Shown: positions 1-9,800 of the stretch, piece after piece
Layout of the letters: every line of letters begins with the position of its first letter
Numbering within the stretch: the stretch's first letter is position 1
Assembly (NCBI GenBank): GCA_024614665.1
Contig: GCA_024614665.1_4861.1
Strand: one strand, 5' to 3'
Length of the DNA: 64,000 nt
Origin: a phage
Made by a program: the position numbers and the translations under genes
The notes under the pieces: generated by a model
What the model saw: only the letters and a program-made list of their open reading frames with translations
The model's database searches: none
What the model was told of the DNA's origin: nothing

Positions 1-55
1 TTTCGACGTTAACTTCCGCGATAATAATCTTTTCAGCTGTGGCTAAAAGTGGCAT
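1..55 (-). CDS. hypothetical protein, 5' fragment (gene continues beyond window start)
   Basis: ATG at 53-55 (minus) preceded by AAGGA that overlaps the stop of the upstream gene; open frame runs to window edge (MPLLATAEKIIIAEVNVE...). Confidence 0.4.
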   Translation of the reverse strand, partial: MPLLATAEKIIIAEVNVE

Positions 56-65
56 GTCAAAATCC

Positions 66-908
66 TTATATCGGGAGATAATGAAGGATGAGATTACCGG
101 CGTAGTTGCTGTCCGCAGCTAGCTTGATAATCGCCACACGCTGATAATCGGGGTTGTAACTATCGTTCGGTGTGACTGAAGTTATCCCCATAAATCGTGC
201 ACCTTGGAGTGCAATTTGTTCAGGTTGCGCATTCGCCCCCGTCACATATGCAAACTTTAATGGCACCACTTCATTCAACAACTCAACATCCGCTGCAGTG
301 ATTGCACGGTTGTAAACCCAATCGGTAGTGAACTGTTTTTGCAGTTCAGTCCAATCGTAACCATACGCCACATACTCGGCCTGTGGTTTACTAGCAACCA
401 CGAACGGTGCGATTATTGCGCTGAGGTCAACATCCGCCACCACATCCGCCAAGTTCGGGAAGAACTTCGCAAAGCGTAAACGGAAACCACCTTGCCAGGC
501 CAAGCAACCGGGCTTAATAGTCACATCGATTAACCAGCTTTCTCCCAAATCTTTTACTGACTGGTCAACGATATCATCGGCAACTAAAGACAAGCCGTAT
601 TTCGCATTCAGAAACGGCAACAACTCAGAGAGTTTATTTACCGGGTCGGCAACGACTACCGGTATTACGTTCCTGAACAGAATTTCCATTTCGATACGGT
701 CGTATTCGAGCGTAACGTTGCCTTTGTAGCCCTTGCCGTTCAACCCGTATAAGAGCACACGTGTATTCCGGTCAGCGCCAGGCGTTTGGACAGACTCAGG
801 GAAGCCAGTTGCAACCTGCTCCCATGTGAGTGGATTGGCCGTTAATCCGTTCTGTCGGTTAATAGCATCTAACAACATCTCTTTCGAGGGCTTATCGTAA
901 ATAGACAC
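66..908 (-). CDS. hypothetical protein, 280 aa; paralog of 919..1716 (fiber/structural-like family)
   Basis: ORF track; N-terminal similarity to the neighbouring ORF (K..LL..IN..N...P.T...V..G.PE.V); shared L..L..FN..YGLSL motif. Confidence 0.6.
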   Translation of the reverse strand: MSIYDKPSKEMLLDAINRQNGLTANPLTWEQVATGFPESVQTPGADRNTRVLLYGLNGKGYKGNVTLEYDRIEMEILFRNVIPVVVADPVNKLSELLPFLNAKYGLSLVADDIVDQSVKDLGESWLIDVTIKPGCLAWQGGFRLRFAKFFPNLADVVADVDLSAIIAPFVVASKPQAEYVAYGYDWTELQKQFTTDWVYNRAITAADVELLNEVVPLKFAYVTGANAQPEQIALQGARFMGITSVTPNDSYNPDYQRVAIIKLAADSNYAGNLILHYLPI

Positions 909-918
909 CTATACCCTC

Positions 919-1716
919 CTAGTTGTTAAAGTGTAAGTTGAGGCTACCCTGGAAGTTCGTACATTTATCGGTCAGTTGCACTGACACGACTTTCGCGAAC
1001 GCCGTATTTGCTCCCGGTAAGTCTGCAGGTACGCCGTCGAATACGACAGTGGCACCACGCAAGTTATACGGGGATGGGGTATCTTCAGCCACCCAAATCT
1101 CAGGAACACATTTGTTGAGTTCGATTGCTAACGCCGTGTCATCTACTTCGATACCGACCGCTAAGAGGCTCAGGAAACGAGAGATGTGGCTACAATCGAT
1201 GTCGCGCGAATAGATATACGCCTGACCCAACTGGATGTCCTGGTGATCCGGGTACAGAAGACCGCTCAACTCTGTATTGGTTATTACTTCTGCCAGAGGT
1301 GTAGCAGGTTTCAGCTCGATGACCGCTTGACTTCGCCACTCGTGGGAAGTTTCAACAGCAACGACTGTGTGAGTCTGTCCATCAATGGGGTTATCTTCGA
1401 TATCCTCAGGTAAGATAGACAGATTAAAACGCTCGTTAATCGCCGCTAGTAAGTCGTGCGTGGTATGCACATCTTCATCGCCAAAGGCAACATCGCCTGT
1501 AAGGTAGTCCTCTAATGGACGACGATGATAGTCCACAATCACTTGCGTACCTTCATCACCGCGCATTTTCGAGGTTAGTACCACCTCCGAATCACGACCG
1601 TCTACTGACACAACCTCCGGCAGTCCGATATCAACATCGTCAAAGGTAAGCGGTGGGCTTATCTTATTCTCTTCGTTGATGAGTTTTAGCAGATTCTGTT
1701 TTGAAGTAAAAGACAT
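919..1716 (-). CDS. hypothetical protein, 265 aa; paralog of 66..908
   Basis: ORF track; tandem paralog; palindrome TTAACTCGAGTTAA directly upstream of the ATG. Confidence 0.6.
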   Translation of the reverse strand: MSFTSKQNLLKLINEENKISPPLTFDDVDIGLPEVVSVDGRDSEVVLTSKMRGDEGTQVIVDYHRRPLEDYLTGDVAFGDEDVHTTHDLLAAINERFNLSILPEDIEDNPIDGQTHTVVAVETSHEWRSQAVIELKPATPLAEVITNTELSGLLYPDHQDIQLGQAYIYSRDIDCSHISRFLSLLAVGIEVDDTALAIELNKCVPEIWVAEDTPSPYNLRGATVVFDGVPADLPGANTAFAKVVSVQLTDKCTNFQGSLNLHFNN

Positions 1717-1846
1717 CGCGTTAACTCGAGTTAAGGGATTATTGAGGTCGTAAGATTTTTAGACCTCCTGCCAGCATATTAAAAGCGTAGCGCGTACCAG
1801 AATTTGAACAAGAGCAAACAAAAAAGAAAAGGAAACAAAAAAAGAA

Positions 1847-1872
1847 GGGGAGCCGAAGCTCCCTTTTCTTCA
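1847..1872. terminator. GC hairpin (GGGAGC-CGAA-GCTCCC) with flanking U/A tracts
   Basis: Downstream of gene 1895..2113; T-run on both sides. Confidence 0.5.
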
Positions 1873-1894
1873 CGACTTTATCCTCAATCGCCGA

Positions 1895-2113
1895 TTAACA
1901 GACCCACACAAGGTCGTTATTCTTTGGGCGGTCTTTAACACCGTAGGTTACTTCAACATTATCAATCGTTTTCTCGCCGTCTTTCATTGTCTTCATGAAA
2001 GCTTTGGCTTCTGCTGCAGACATTTTCAGCAGCAGGTCAATCATGTCTGGCTTACGTTTGGCTGCGGTTTCAACAACAGGTTTGATTTCAGATTTGGAGA
2101 ACAGGTTGCGCAT
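1895..2113 (-). CDS. hypothetical small protein, 72 aa
   Basis: ORF with AAGGAAT SD upstream of ATG at 2113; followed by hairpin terminator. Confidence 0.5.
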   Translation of the reverse strand: MRNLFSKSEIKPVVETAAKRKPDMIDLLLKMSAAEAKAFMKTMKDGEKTIDNVEVTYGVKDRPKNNDLVWVC

Positions 2114-2148
2114 GGGATATTCCTTTTTTGTAGATTGTAGGTGAATTG

Positions 2149-2166
2149 GCGGGACTTTGCCCGCCG
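2149..2166. terminator. hairpin GGCGGG-ACTTTG-CCCGCC
   Basis: Between 1895..2113 and 2175..2621; U-tract weak. Confidence 0.3.
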
Positions 2167-2174
2167 GGTTATTA

Positions 2175-2621
2175 TTAGTGTACTTCTTTTTCTAAACGCA
2201 GGCGATGTGTTGCTAAGGCAACCGCACGGTTTTCGAATTCAAGACTGAATGGGCTGATTTGTGCCATGTATTTCTTTACGACATCGTCAGAGACAACTTG
2301 ACGACGATAATCACGAATCATTTCAGCAAAGCTGCTAGTAGGAAGTTCGTCGTATTCGATTTCCATACCACGTTTATTGATGTAGTACGAAGCAATCATG
2401 TCGTTAAACATTACATCGCCGGCTTCACCTAGAGGGAACTCGTCGCGAGTAGGTTCTGTGGTCTGGAACGTGGCTTCTTTGGCGTTGGCGATAATCTCTT
2501 CGAAGTCCTCAGTAGTGAATTCGCTAGGGTCTTGTTTGTTGGCCGCCATCACGATTAGGAAAGAAATCATAATCGGGTTTTTGCTAGCGTACTTAGTAAG
2601 TTCGTTATTCAGAATGTACAT
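2175..2621 (-). CDS. hypothetical acidic protein, 148 aa
   Basis: ORF immediately downstream of class-1 promoter motif and conserved leader with TTAAGGAG SD. Confidence 0.65.
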   Translation of the reverse strand: MYILNNELTKYASKNPIMISFLIVMAANKQDPSEFTTEDFEEIIANAKEATFQTTEPTRDEFPLGEAGDVMFNDMIASYYINKRGMEIEYDELPTSSFAEMIRDYRRQVVSDDVVKKYMAQISPFSLEFENRAVALATHRLRLEKEVH

Positions 2622-2672
2622 GTTAAAACTCCTTAAGATAATGGTCGATTAGATAAGAGTTAATGGTTAACT

Positions 2673-2698
2673 CTCACCTAAGTAATATATATCTGAAA
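2673..2698 (-). promoter_or_regulatory. class-1 promoter-like motif (mRNA sense TTTCAGATATATATTACTTAGGTGAG)
   Basis: One of at least 5 near-identical copies, each about 50-70 nt upstream of a gene start and followed by the conserved leader. Confidence 0.55.
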
Positions 2699-2733
2699 AT
2701 AATTGTAATCGGACTAGACAAAAAAAGAAGAAA

Positions 2734-2757
2734 CCCTACTCCCGAAGGAGTAGGGTG
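2734..2757 (-). terminator. UUCG-loop hairpin terminator
   Basis: CCCTACTCC-CGAA-GGAGTAGGG followed on the minus strand by a U-run; downstream of 2797..3237. Confidence 0.6.
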
Positions 2758-2796
2758 CTGCTTTATTGACCGCTTTTGGGATAAGTGCCTCTCAAG

Positions 2797-3237
2797 TCAA
2801 TCGGCCACGTAATCGCGTAAGAGTTTCCGGGCTGCTACTGTAGCAGAAACTTGCTCTTTATTAGCGTTAATACCGATGCCATTAAAACGTTTTAGTTTGT
2901 CTAAGAAAACGCTAATGTTTTCTTTCGGCATAGGGCGTGGGAACTTACGCAGAAAATAAAGTTGTTCGCGGCCAGGCACCCAACTGAGTACCCAGCACGC
3001 TTTCAGTGTACGGAAGATATCACGGTAGGGTTTCTTCTCTTGAAAGAAGTCCCCTTTTAACTGACAACGGTCTTCAACCATTGCCTGGAGTTGGGTGGCT
3101 ACGTTGGCCATTGCCGACCAGCTGATAAGACGACTACGGTGTTTACCCACGTAGAGACGTCCACCTGTAACACGACGGGACTCCGGATGTACTATTTTGA
3201 CAAACTGTAATCTTTTCTGTTTGCGTGGCTTTAACAT
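2797..3237 (-). CDS. hypothetical basic protein, 146 aa
   Basis: ORF with CTTAAGGAG SD before ATG at 3237; Lys/Arg-rich. Confidence 0.5.
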   Translation of the reverse strand: MLKPRKQKRLQFVKIVHPESRRVTGGRLYVGKHRSRLISWSAMANVATQLQAMVEDRCQLKGDFFQEKKPYRDIFRTLKACWVLSWVPGREQLYFLRKFPRPMPKENISVFLDKLKRFNGIGINANKEQVSATVAARKLLRDYVAD

Positions 3238-3264
3238 TTAAATACTCCTTAAGGGGCTATGACA

Positions 3265-3597
3265 CTACGGCCGTACAGTTAACATTTCTCTCAGATCGGT
3301 CACATCGAGCTTAGCAATCATGGGTGACGTCGTGATGTGTGCGCAACGAGGCTGTACTCGGTACGCCTCAAGTGGAAAAGGTTTGTTAAATGCTTTTATC
3401 TGGTCGCGGCGGAGCTTCTCCATCGCACGTTTGGCTAATGTCCTTTTTAAAGGTGACCACTTCGCTGCTAAACCGAGAATGATAACATCGACGATTAGCT
3501 GGTTCTCTTGATACTCGAATGTACCAATGAGTTTCTTACCTTTATAGAGTCGCGCACGTCCCTGCTGGAACACGACTGACGTTCGTTTCGTTTTCAT
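3265..3597 (-). CDS. hypothetical basic protein, 110 aa
   Basis: ORF track; same strand and spacing as neighbours. Confidence 0.5.
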   Translation of the reverse strand: MKTKRTSVVFQQGRARLYKGKKLIGTFEYQENQLIVDVIILGLAAKWSPLKRTLAKRAMEKLRRDQIKAFNKPFPLEAYRVQPRCAHITTSPMIAKLDVTDLREMLTVRP

Positions 3598-3640
3598 TGC
3601 TTGTGGTTTCCATGGTTAAAGGGAAAACAAACTGTTATTT

Positions 3641-4042
3641 TTACTCATCTTTTACCTCGAAACCGTGACTACGAAAATACTCGATGGCCGCAGAACGTTT
3701 ACCTACGCAGGAGAGTTTTTCATAGAGTAACTCAAGGAGTGTCTTTGGTTCCCAACGCTGCTCTATGAAATAGATTAGGGCACCCAGGTTCCATCCCAAC
3801 ATCTTATCACGCAGATCCGCATCTCGTCGGGCATCTCGTAGCTCGTCTTCGAGTTTCCGGTTCTTAGACTGTTCCTCAGAAAGTAATCGTGTAAGCTTAC
3901 GGCGTTCTTCGAAAGATTCATCGAGATTTCTCTTCCACGCTTCTTTCGAAATTTCCAACTCAGTCTTTGAGAGGCTGAGTTCCAATTCCAGTATTTCTAA
4001 TTGGCGGCGCAACTGTTTTTTCTCCTGAAACAGGCCGAACAT
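3641..4042 (-). CDS. hypothetical coiled-coil protein, about 133 aa
   Basis: ORF; preferred start ATG at 4040-4042 with AAGGAG 6 nt upstream; charged heptad-like sequence. Confidence 0.55.
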   Translation of the reverse strand: MFGLFQEKKQLRRQLEILELELSLSKTELEISKEAWKRNLDESFEERRKLTRLLSEEQSKNRKLEDELRDARRDADLRDKMLGWNLGALIYFIEQRWEPKTLLELLYEKLSCVGKRSAAIEYFRSHGFEVKDE

Positions 4043-4107
4043 GTTTTCTCCTTGCAATAGCTCTATCGATTCTGTTACGAACTTCTGCTAACGATAATGG
4101 TTCCCAC

Positions 4108-4428
4108 TTAAAATCCATTGCGACCTCCCTGTGCGATGTATAACGCACATTTCGCATTGAGTGCTTCGATATTAGCGATAAGTATCATCACCCCGCCGAG
4201 TGTGCGCGGTACGCGAACTGCTTCGTATTCACGCCCTTGCGTCCGGACACAATATTCATCGCCCAGGAACGCGATTTCGTAATACTCAGCACGTAACGGT
4301 ACAAATGACTGTAGCAACATATCTGCGGTTTGATAGTCGTCAGTCAGTTTCCCGCCCTCGAGTAAATATTTCTGAATCTCGTGAATAGTCAGTCCCCGTA
4401 ATGAAATAGACACCGGCTTCTCCTTCAT
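4108..4428 (-). CDS. hypothetical protein, about 100-106 aa
   Basis: ORF; conserved leader element AATCGACCAT and AAGGAG lie at the start region (ATG 4428 or in-frame GTG 4410), inside the 3' end of the upstream gene. Confidence 0.5.
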   Translation of the reverse strand: MKEKPVSISLRGLTIHEIQKYLLEGGKLTDDYQTADMLLQSFVPLRAEYYEIAFLGDEYCVRTQGREYEAVRVPRTLGGVMILIANIEALNAKCALYIAQGGRNGF

Positions 4429-4765
4429 GGTCGATTAATAACAGTTCAGGTGGTACGTCGTAGTCGATGGGTGCGGACTCCTCCATCGCGCCATACAATC
4501 GCTGATAGAACTCTCTGGAAGTTTCCAGGTGCCCTCTTGACACATGTTCGACATGCGGTACATTAGGATGATAAAACTCGCCATAAGTTATCGCTAACTC
4601 AACAAACCATAGACATAGTTCTCTTGGCCCGTATCGGTTATAAAACTTTATCACCCCAACATCAAACATCTTGTTGTAATGCGGTAAATCACGATAACGA
4701 AGTTTTAGTGTACTTACACCGATGCGTTGAAGCTCGATAGAGATAGCTACGTCTATGGTTACCAT
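4340..4765 (-). CDS. hypothetical protein, 141 aa
   Basis: ORF track; 3' end overlaps start of 4108..4428 in another frame. Confidence 0.55.
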   Translation of the reverse strand: MVTIDVAISIELQRIGVSTLKLRYRDLPHYNKMFDVGVIKFYNRYGPRELCLWFVELAITYGEFYHPNVPHVEHVSRGHLETSREFYQRLYGAMEESAPIDYDVPPELLLIDHEGEAGVYFITGTDYSRDSEIFTRGRETD

Positions 4766-4788
4766 TCACAATCACCCTTATCCGCCGA

Positions 4789-5172
4789 TCAGTTAAATCC
4801 GCTGTATTCGTCAATGGTGCCGTCTTTGATGTACACGCCCGGCGTCAGTGCGACTTTACGCGGATCTTTATCAGCACGCTCGCCGTTACACTGGACATTC
4901 CATTCGTTGGTTAAACGTTCCATTTCACGACTTGCATACAGCCGTACATTCGTAACTAACTCGCTGGCTTCGCCCAGGTGCGACGCATGGAGCACGCTGT
5001 TTTCCAGCCCGTAAAGTTTAGCGAGTAGAATCTTGTTAAGTTCTAACGCTGCTTTTGCAACGAGCGCATACCCTTGACGTTGCCCTTCTGTGCTTGCATT
5101 CAGTAACGTCAGCTGATGGTTTTTCATGTGTTCGATTGCCAGTGCTAAGTCGGTGTTCGTTGGCATTTCCAT
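4789..5172 (-). CDS. hypothetical protein, 127 aa
   Basis: ORF track; tightly packed with neighbours. Confidence 0.55.
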   Translation of the reverse strand: MEMPTNTDLALAIEHMKNHQLTLLNASTEGQRQGYALVAKAALELNKILLAKLYGLENSVLHASHLGEASELVTNVRLYASREMERLTNEWNVQCNGERADKDPRKVALTPGVYIKDGTIDEYSGFN

Positions 5173-5492
5173 TAGTATTTATCCTCACGTTTGCTAAACT
5201 CTTCTAACATCTCGTCGTACACATTCCTGGTATCTTTCAATCCCTGGACGGCCGCGTCATAGACGCGACGCGCAGGAGACGTAAGATGGTAGTGTCCAAT
5301 ACGTTCGATGATATCGTGGCACCGGCTAATGTGCGTACAAAGCCTACTCGCGTTAACACCCAGTTTCGCGAGGTCGTGTCTTAACTGCAAGTTATCGGCC
5401 TGTACACGACGGATAGCGGCAGCTAATTCTCGGTTTTCTTCGTACAGTTGTTTTTGTCGCTTGTTAATCAGCGCAAGTAACCAGTTCAACAT
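5172..5492 (-). CDS. hypothetical protein, 106 aa
   Basis: ORF track; start overlaps stop of upstream gene. Confidence 0.55.
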   Translation of the reverse strand: MLNWLLALINKRQKQLYEENRELAAAIRRVQADNLQLRHDLAKLGVNASRLCTHISRCHDIIERIGHYHLTSPARRVYDAAVQGLKDTRNVYDEMLEEFSKREDKY

Positions 5493-5502
5493 CCTGTCCC
5501 CC

Positions 5503-6021
5503 TTAACGCTTCAGATAGATAACGTTATGGTTTTCGTATTTCGCATCTACCCAGGAAAATTCCCAGTAGTGGCGAGGCCGATCAGCAATTTTCATGTCCA
5601 GTTCCAGGATACCATCTAAAGGTACCTGTCTGAGCACTTCTACGATGCTTTGCAGCTCGTTACGAGGACGGTCGTGGATTAACCCCAGATAACGCTCCAA
5701 ACGCTCAGGCGTCGCTACAGTGCGAATATGAGTACGTTTATCGTCATCGTGTAAGTAGAGGAAGTTCGGGGTGCGAGGGACGTACCAGTGCCAGGTACCG
5801 ATGTACGGGCCAGGCTGATAATCAGACAGTTGTTTGATTGCATTCAATACCGACGAACAACGGAAATACCAGATGTCCCATTCATCACGAGGGAACAGTT
5901 CCGCGACTTTCACTTTCAGTGGGTCGATACTAATATCCCCCGCAGCCAATACTTCTGGGGCAACGCCAGATTCTAAAACGTTACGTTCCCGTTTGGTGTA
6001 CAGGTTCATGGTAATATTCAC
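5503..6021 (-). CDS. hypothetical protein, 172 aa
   Basis: ORF; GTG start at 6019-6021 with TAAGGAG 8 nt upstream (alternative ATG at 6009). Confidence 0.55.
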   Translation of the reverse strand: MNITMNLYTKRERNVLESGVAPEVLAAGDISIDPLKVKVAELFPRDEWDIWYFRCSSVLNAIKQLSDYQPGPYIGTWHWYVPRTPNFLYLHDDDKRTHIRTVATPERLERYLGLIHDRPRNELQSIVEVLRQVPLDGILELDMKIADRPRHYWEFSWVDAKYENHNVIYLKR

Positions 6022-6048
6022 TTAATGCTCCTTAGGATTTAAAATAGC

Positions 6049-6333
6049 TTATTGTTTAGCCCAGTATTCGGCCAACGTTTGGTCACCTTTACCGATGCGA
6101 GCGTGAATGCCCATTTTACGCAGGCGGTACAGCTCATGGGACATGGTGTTTAGTTTGATAAGATTTACGTCCGTTGGGCTCTTAAGGCAATCGTCTAATA
6201 CATTAACGAATTTATCCAGCGCCTCTTGCGGAACTTTGCCTTCTGGGTAGTCGTACAGTGTTATCACTTTAAAGGTGTAACCGTCGATATTCGACAACAG
6301 TTTTACAGCTTCACTGATATCGCGATTTATCAT
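6049..6333 (-). CDS. hypothetical protein, about 94-117 aa (start uncertain)
   Basis: ORF track 6049..6402; ATG at 6333 has AGGA upstream and avoids overlap with the upstream gene. Confidence 0.45.
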   Translation of the reverse strand: MINRDISEAVKLLSNIDGYTFKVITLYDYPEGKVPQEALDKFVNVLDDCLKSPTDVNLIKLNTMSHELYRLRKMGIHARIGKGDQTLAEYWAKQ

Positions 6334-6376
6334 CGGCGTCCTATTGAGACGCATTGGTCTGGCAACACGGATTACT

Positions 6377-6709
6377 CTACCCATTAACCACCCCCAAACC
6401 ATTTACAATGGATGTTGCGGGGGCATCCAGGTTATTCATCCATAACGACAGTTTGTTCATCTTCGTCGCGGTTTCAGGACTAGGGTTATTGCGCAAGTCA
6501 CTTAAAGCCATCGCAAACTGGGTTGCCAGGATTTGACTGCCGTAGAAAGCGTTACGGCTTACAGGCAGCGCCTCGAAGCGTGCATCGAAATTGTTTGCTT
6601 GGTTAAGTTCTTTAACGGTGCTCAGAATGGCTTCCTGCATTCGAAGTTCGCCGTCGCCTTCAAGGTCAGTTGCCTGACGCAATACCGCAATGTGATAGAC
6701 TTTGGACAT
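6377..6709 (-). CDS. hypothetical protein, 110 aa
   Basis: ORF downstream of class-2 promoter-like motif; TTAAGGAG SD. Confidence 0.6.
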   Translation of the reverse strand: MSKVYHIAVLRQATDLEGDGELRMQEAILSTVKELNQANNFDARFEALPVSRNAFYGSQILATQFAMALSDLRNNPSPETATKMNKLSLWMNNLDAPATSIVNGLGVVNG

Positions 6710-6782
6710 TTTAATTGCTCCTTAATACATGACATAAGCTCTGATTGAAACGTAAATTTCAGAGGTTCACTGAGATAACATC

Positions 6783-6800
6783 TATCTGAAATAAAATAAA
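6783..6800 (-). promoter_or_regulatory. class-2 promoter-like motif (mRNA sense TTTCAGATAGATGTTATC)
   Basis: Related to class 1 (AGATA.AT.TTA.C) but without the conserved leader; upstream of 6377..6709. Confidence 0.45.
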
Positions 6801-6814
6801 GCGTACCAGCCACC

Positions 6815-6838
6815 CCGAAGGATAGCTGGTATACACTT
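6815..6838 (-). terminator. UUCG-loop hairpin terminator
   Basis: Hairpin after the stop of the 1005-aa gene, followed by U-rich tract and a class-2 promoter. Confidence 0.55.
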
Positions 6839-9800
6839 AATTAGTTTCGAGCGGATCGTCTGGGATAGTAAACGTTATATCGAGTGAAGCTGTCGTGTGG
6901 TCGGGTATTGCCAAGTCACGATAAATATCATGTCCTGGGCCGTGTTCTTTATAGAGGAGATACAACCCGATTGCACGCATCGCTTCTCCAGTATAAAACC
7001 CAAAAGCCTGACCGTTATCCGTAGTAGGGTTTGCCCACGGAGACCAGGCACCGTTAATGGCTTTTCCTGGAATGTCGGTGACGGTGAAGTTGTCACCCAT
7101 CTCCTTCATCCCCATATCCATAATACGGCTCAACCCTTCCACTGTACAGCCAGCCATTGCCGCATAAGCGCTGCCTGCTATCCAGAGCGCACACATATGT
7201 GCTGTGAAATCATTCTCTACCCATACCGGTTTATTTGGTGCCGTAGGGAATTCATTCGGAGTGTGGTTGTCAAAGCGGTCTAAGAACCCTACGAGCCACT
7301 TAGCCCAATTTTCAACGTACTCTACTAGCTCTGGTGGAACCTCTTTACCACGCACAACTAATTCGTACCAACAACGCGCAGCGGCGTTATACGCGCGTGG
7401 CTGATAACCTGCCCACGGATGTCCATCTCCCCAATGGAACGTTGTCCACGTATCTGCCGGTCCGTAAGTGTAGTTATCCCAACGGTTCCAAATATACGCC
7501 GCACAACCTGGACCCAACTCACCTAACTGCGCCTGGTAGTTGGTTTGTGAATCGTGCATAAACCGAATCTGATTTAAGAGCCAGACTTTGTAGCGATCAT
7601 CGGTGTGTATGGTGTACATAAACGGATACTGATAGCCAGGATACGGCATCCCGTGCCATGCACCTAGCTGATACGTTCCTTCCGAATAAATGTTCGAGAA
7701 CGGTATCGTTCCTGGACAATACGCGAGCGAGTCAAGACGGTAATCTTTTATCGTACAATCGCCCACTTTACCCGTAAATGCAGAACCTCCCCGAATTGCG
7801 ATGCGAAACGTTAATGTCCAGCCATCATCTGCATTAAACAGTGGCGGAACATCGTTTACGCAATACCAGCTAAAGTGCGCATTCTCCACAGCCGAATCGG
7901 GCAGTATGGTTACCTGATCGATAGTTGTGTAGTTTGGCGCAGACGGTTTTGTTTCGACATCGGTATCGTGGTCAGGTTGATAGCCCGAGAGTGTTGCGTC
8001 TTCAGGGCGAATAATAACCTGTTTCCATTCCCCGTTAGTCGCGGGCAACATCCACCACCAACGCCACTTGTTGGTATCTTCGAAACGGAAGTTGAAATCG
8101 GCATCAGCACGATAGACAATTGACTGTGGGGGCGCAACTCCAGCATCGGTTAACCAGAAACCGATAATGAAGCCCGCATCGTCGTTCGGGAATAACGCTT
8201 CTACGATTGTGCCTGAACGACCATCGTAGATGTTACTCTCAAACTTCTCCTGCCACGTACACCCACCGTAATCTGAACATGCTCGCGCATCGGCAATGAT
8301 GTAATCTTCACCGTTGACCGGATTAGTCATTCTGGCCAGATGCCCTAAACCGATGTCATGCTGTTCTACCTCCATCGATGTTGATCCCGGAAGCGTACAG
8401 CCGTACCAGTTTACTTCTTCAGTATCCGCTTTAACGGGGTTAATATCCACCATCACTTTACACGCAAGTGCATCACCGTTGTCGCAAACACCGCCATACG
8501 TCACACGTAACTTCGATTGACTGTTTATCCTGAAACGCACGGCTTGCTGTTCCATAAAGTTCTGCACAGCTTTCTCAGAACGGAACACAATATCACCATT
8601 TTCATCACGACTGTAAGCGACCTCAACGGTGCTGGGGTATTTATAGTCGTACGAGATACCATCTGTAAATGGTGTTTCGGCTAACTTAGAGCGACGGAAA
8701 AACTTGTCCTTCGCATCGATATACGTGTATTCGTGCGCTGTATAGAACACCGAGTCTAGTGCGGTTTTATAGCGCGGTTCACCTGTGATACGCCAGAGGA
8801 GATAACAGGCATCAATAAACCACACTTCTGCATCTGCCGCGTTACCCATCTGGTTAACAGACCCTTTTAACGGGGTATGAACCGGACGGTTGTGCCACGG
8901 CTCATTGCGGTCAAACAAATATCCGCCGTGCTCTACAGGTACCTGGGAAGCGTAGTTAATCAAATATACACCGTTAATACTGGTGTCCTTTAATTGTACG
9001 GTTCCTTTCTGGGCATCAGGTAAACCGGATTCGATGACTTCGCCGTCTTGAACCTTCTCACCCGTCCACACAACAAACCAGTCAGGTTCGTACCGCGGAC
9101 CTTTCGAGGTAGAACCACCCCATATTGGGGTATATCCGGTTGGGTCGTTTAACATCCTGTTCCAGTCCACCCACGCTTTTACATCGTAAGGTTTCTCTGG
9201 ATTGGTGATTAAGTAATCAGGGACTTTAGACCAGTCAATTAACCCGTCTTCCGATTCCTTAATTTTCTGTACGTCAGCATTAACCGCGCCCCAGGTAGGA
9301 TGGCCACGATGCGCAGAAAAGAAATTGTTCAGATATTCACCAAAGAACGGTGCGCCTTGGGGTATCTGACAACGCCCGTTCGTAAACGTTACCGGTACAC
9401 ACTTGTAACCACCGTGGGTTGGCTCGGTCGGATGCACCGGATAGTCTGACAGCACCGGTTCTTTACCGTTAACTAGCCAGTTACAAATCCAACGTTGCGG
9501 TGACTCAGGAATGGCCTGACCTGCGTAATAGTAGGTAGCGTACGCTTCCCATGCACGAATCGCCGCATCTAACCACATCTGGTTTTTGGTAGCAATGTAC
9601 ATGTGACAGTAGCCAATAATCAGCAACGATTGGCCTTCTGTGGTGGCGTCACCGTTAGGTTGATACACAGCCATGGAGTCAGCAATGAAATGCCGGTTAT
9701 TAGATAGCACCCCTTCTGGGTTAATCAGATAATGGTCATTGTGGGCGTCGTTTGTGAGACCGGTATTGCGGCGAACAAAGTCCTGATGTCCGTAAGCCAG

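Noticed and set aside
2797-3597. Possible homing endonuclease insertion (two basic proteins between gene blocks)
   Set aside because: Neither protein shows GIY-YIG, HNH or LAGLIDADG motifs on inspection; left as hypothetical basic proteins.
3960-4157. 65-aa minus-strand ORF overlapping both neighbouring genes
   Set aside because: Overlaps the N-terminus of 3641..4042 and the C-terminus of 4108..4428 in another frame; no ribosome binding site; likely spurious.
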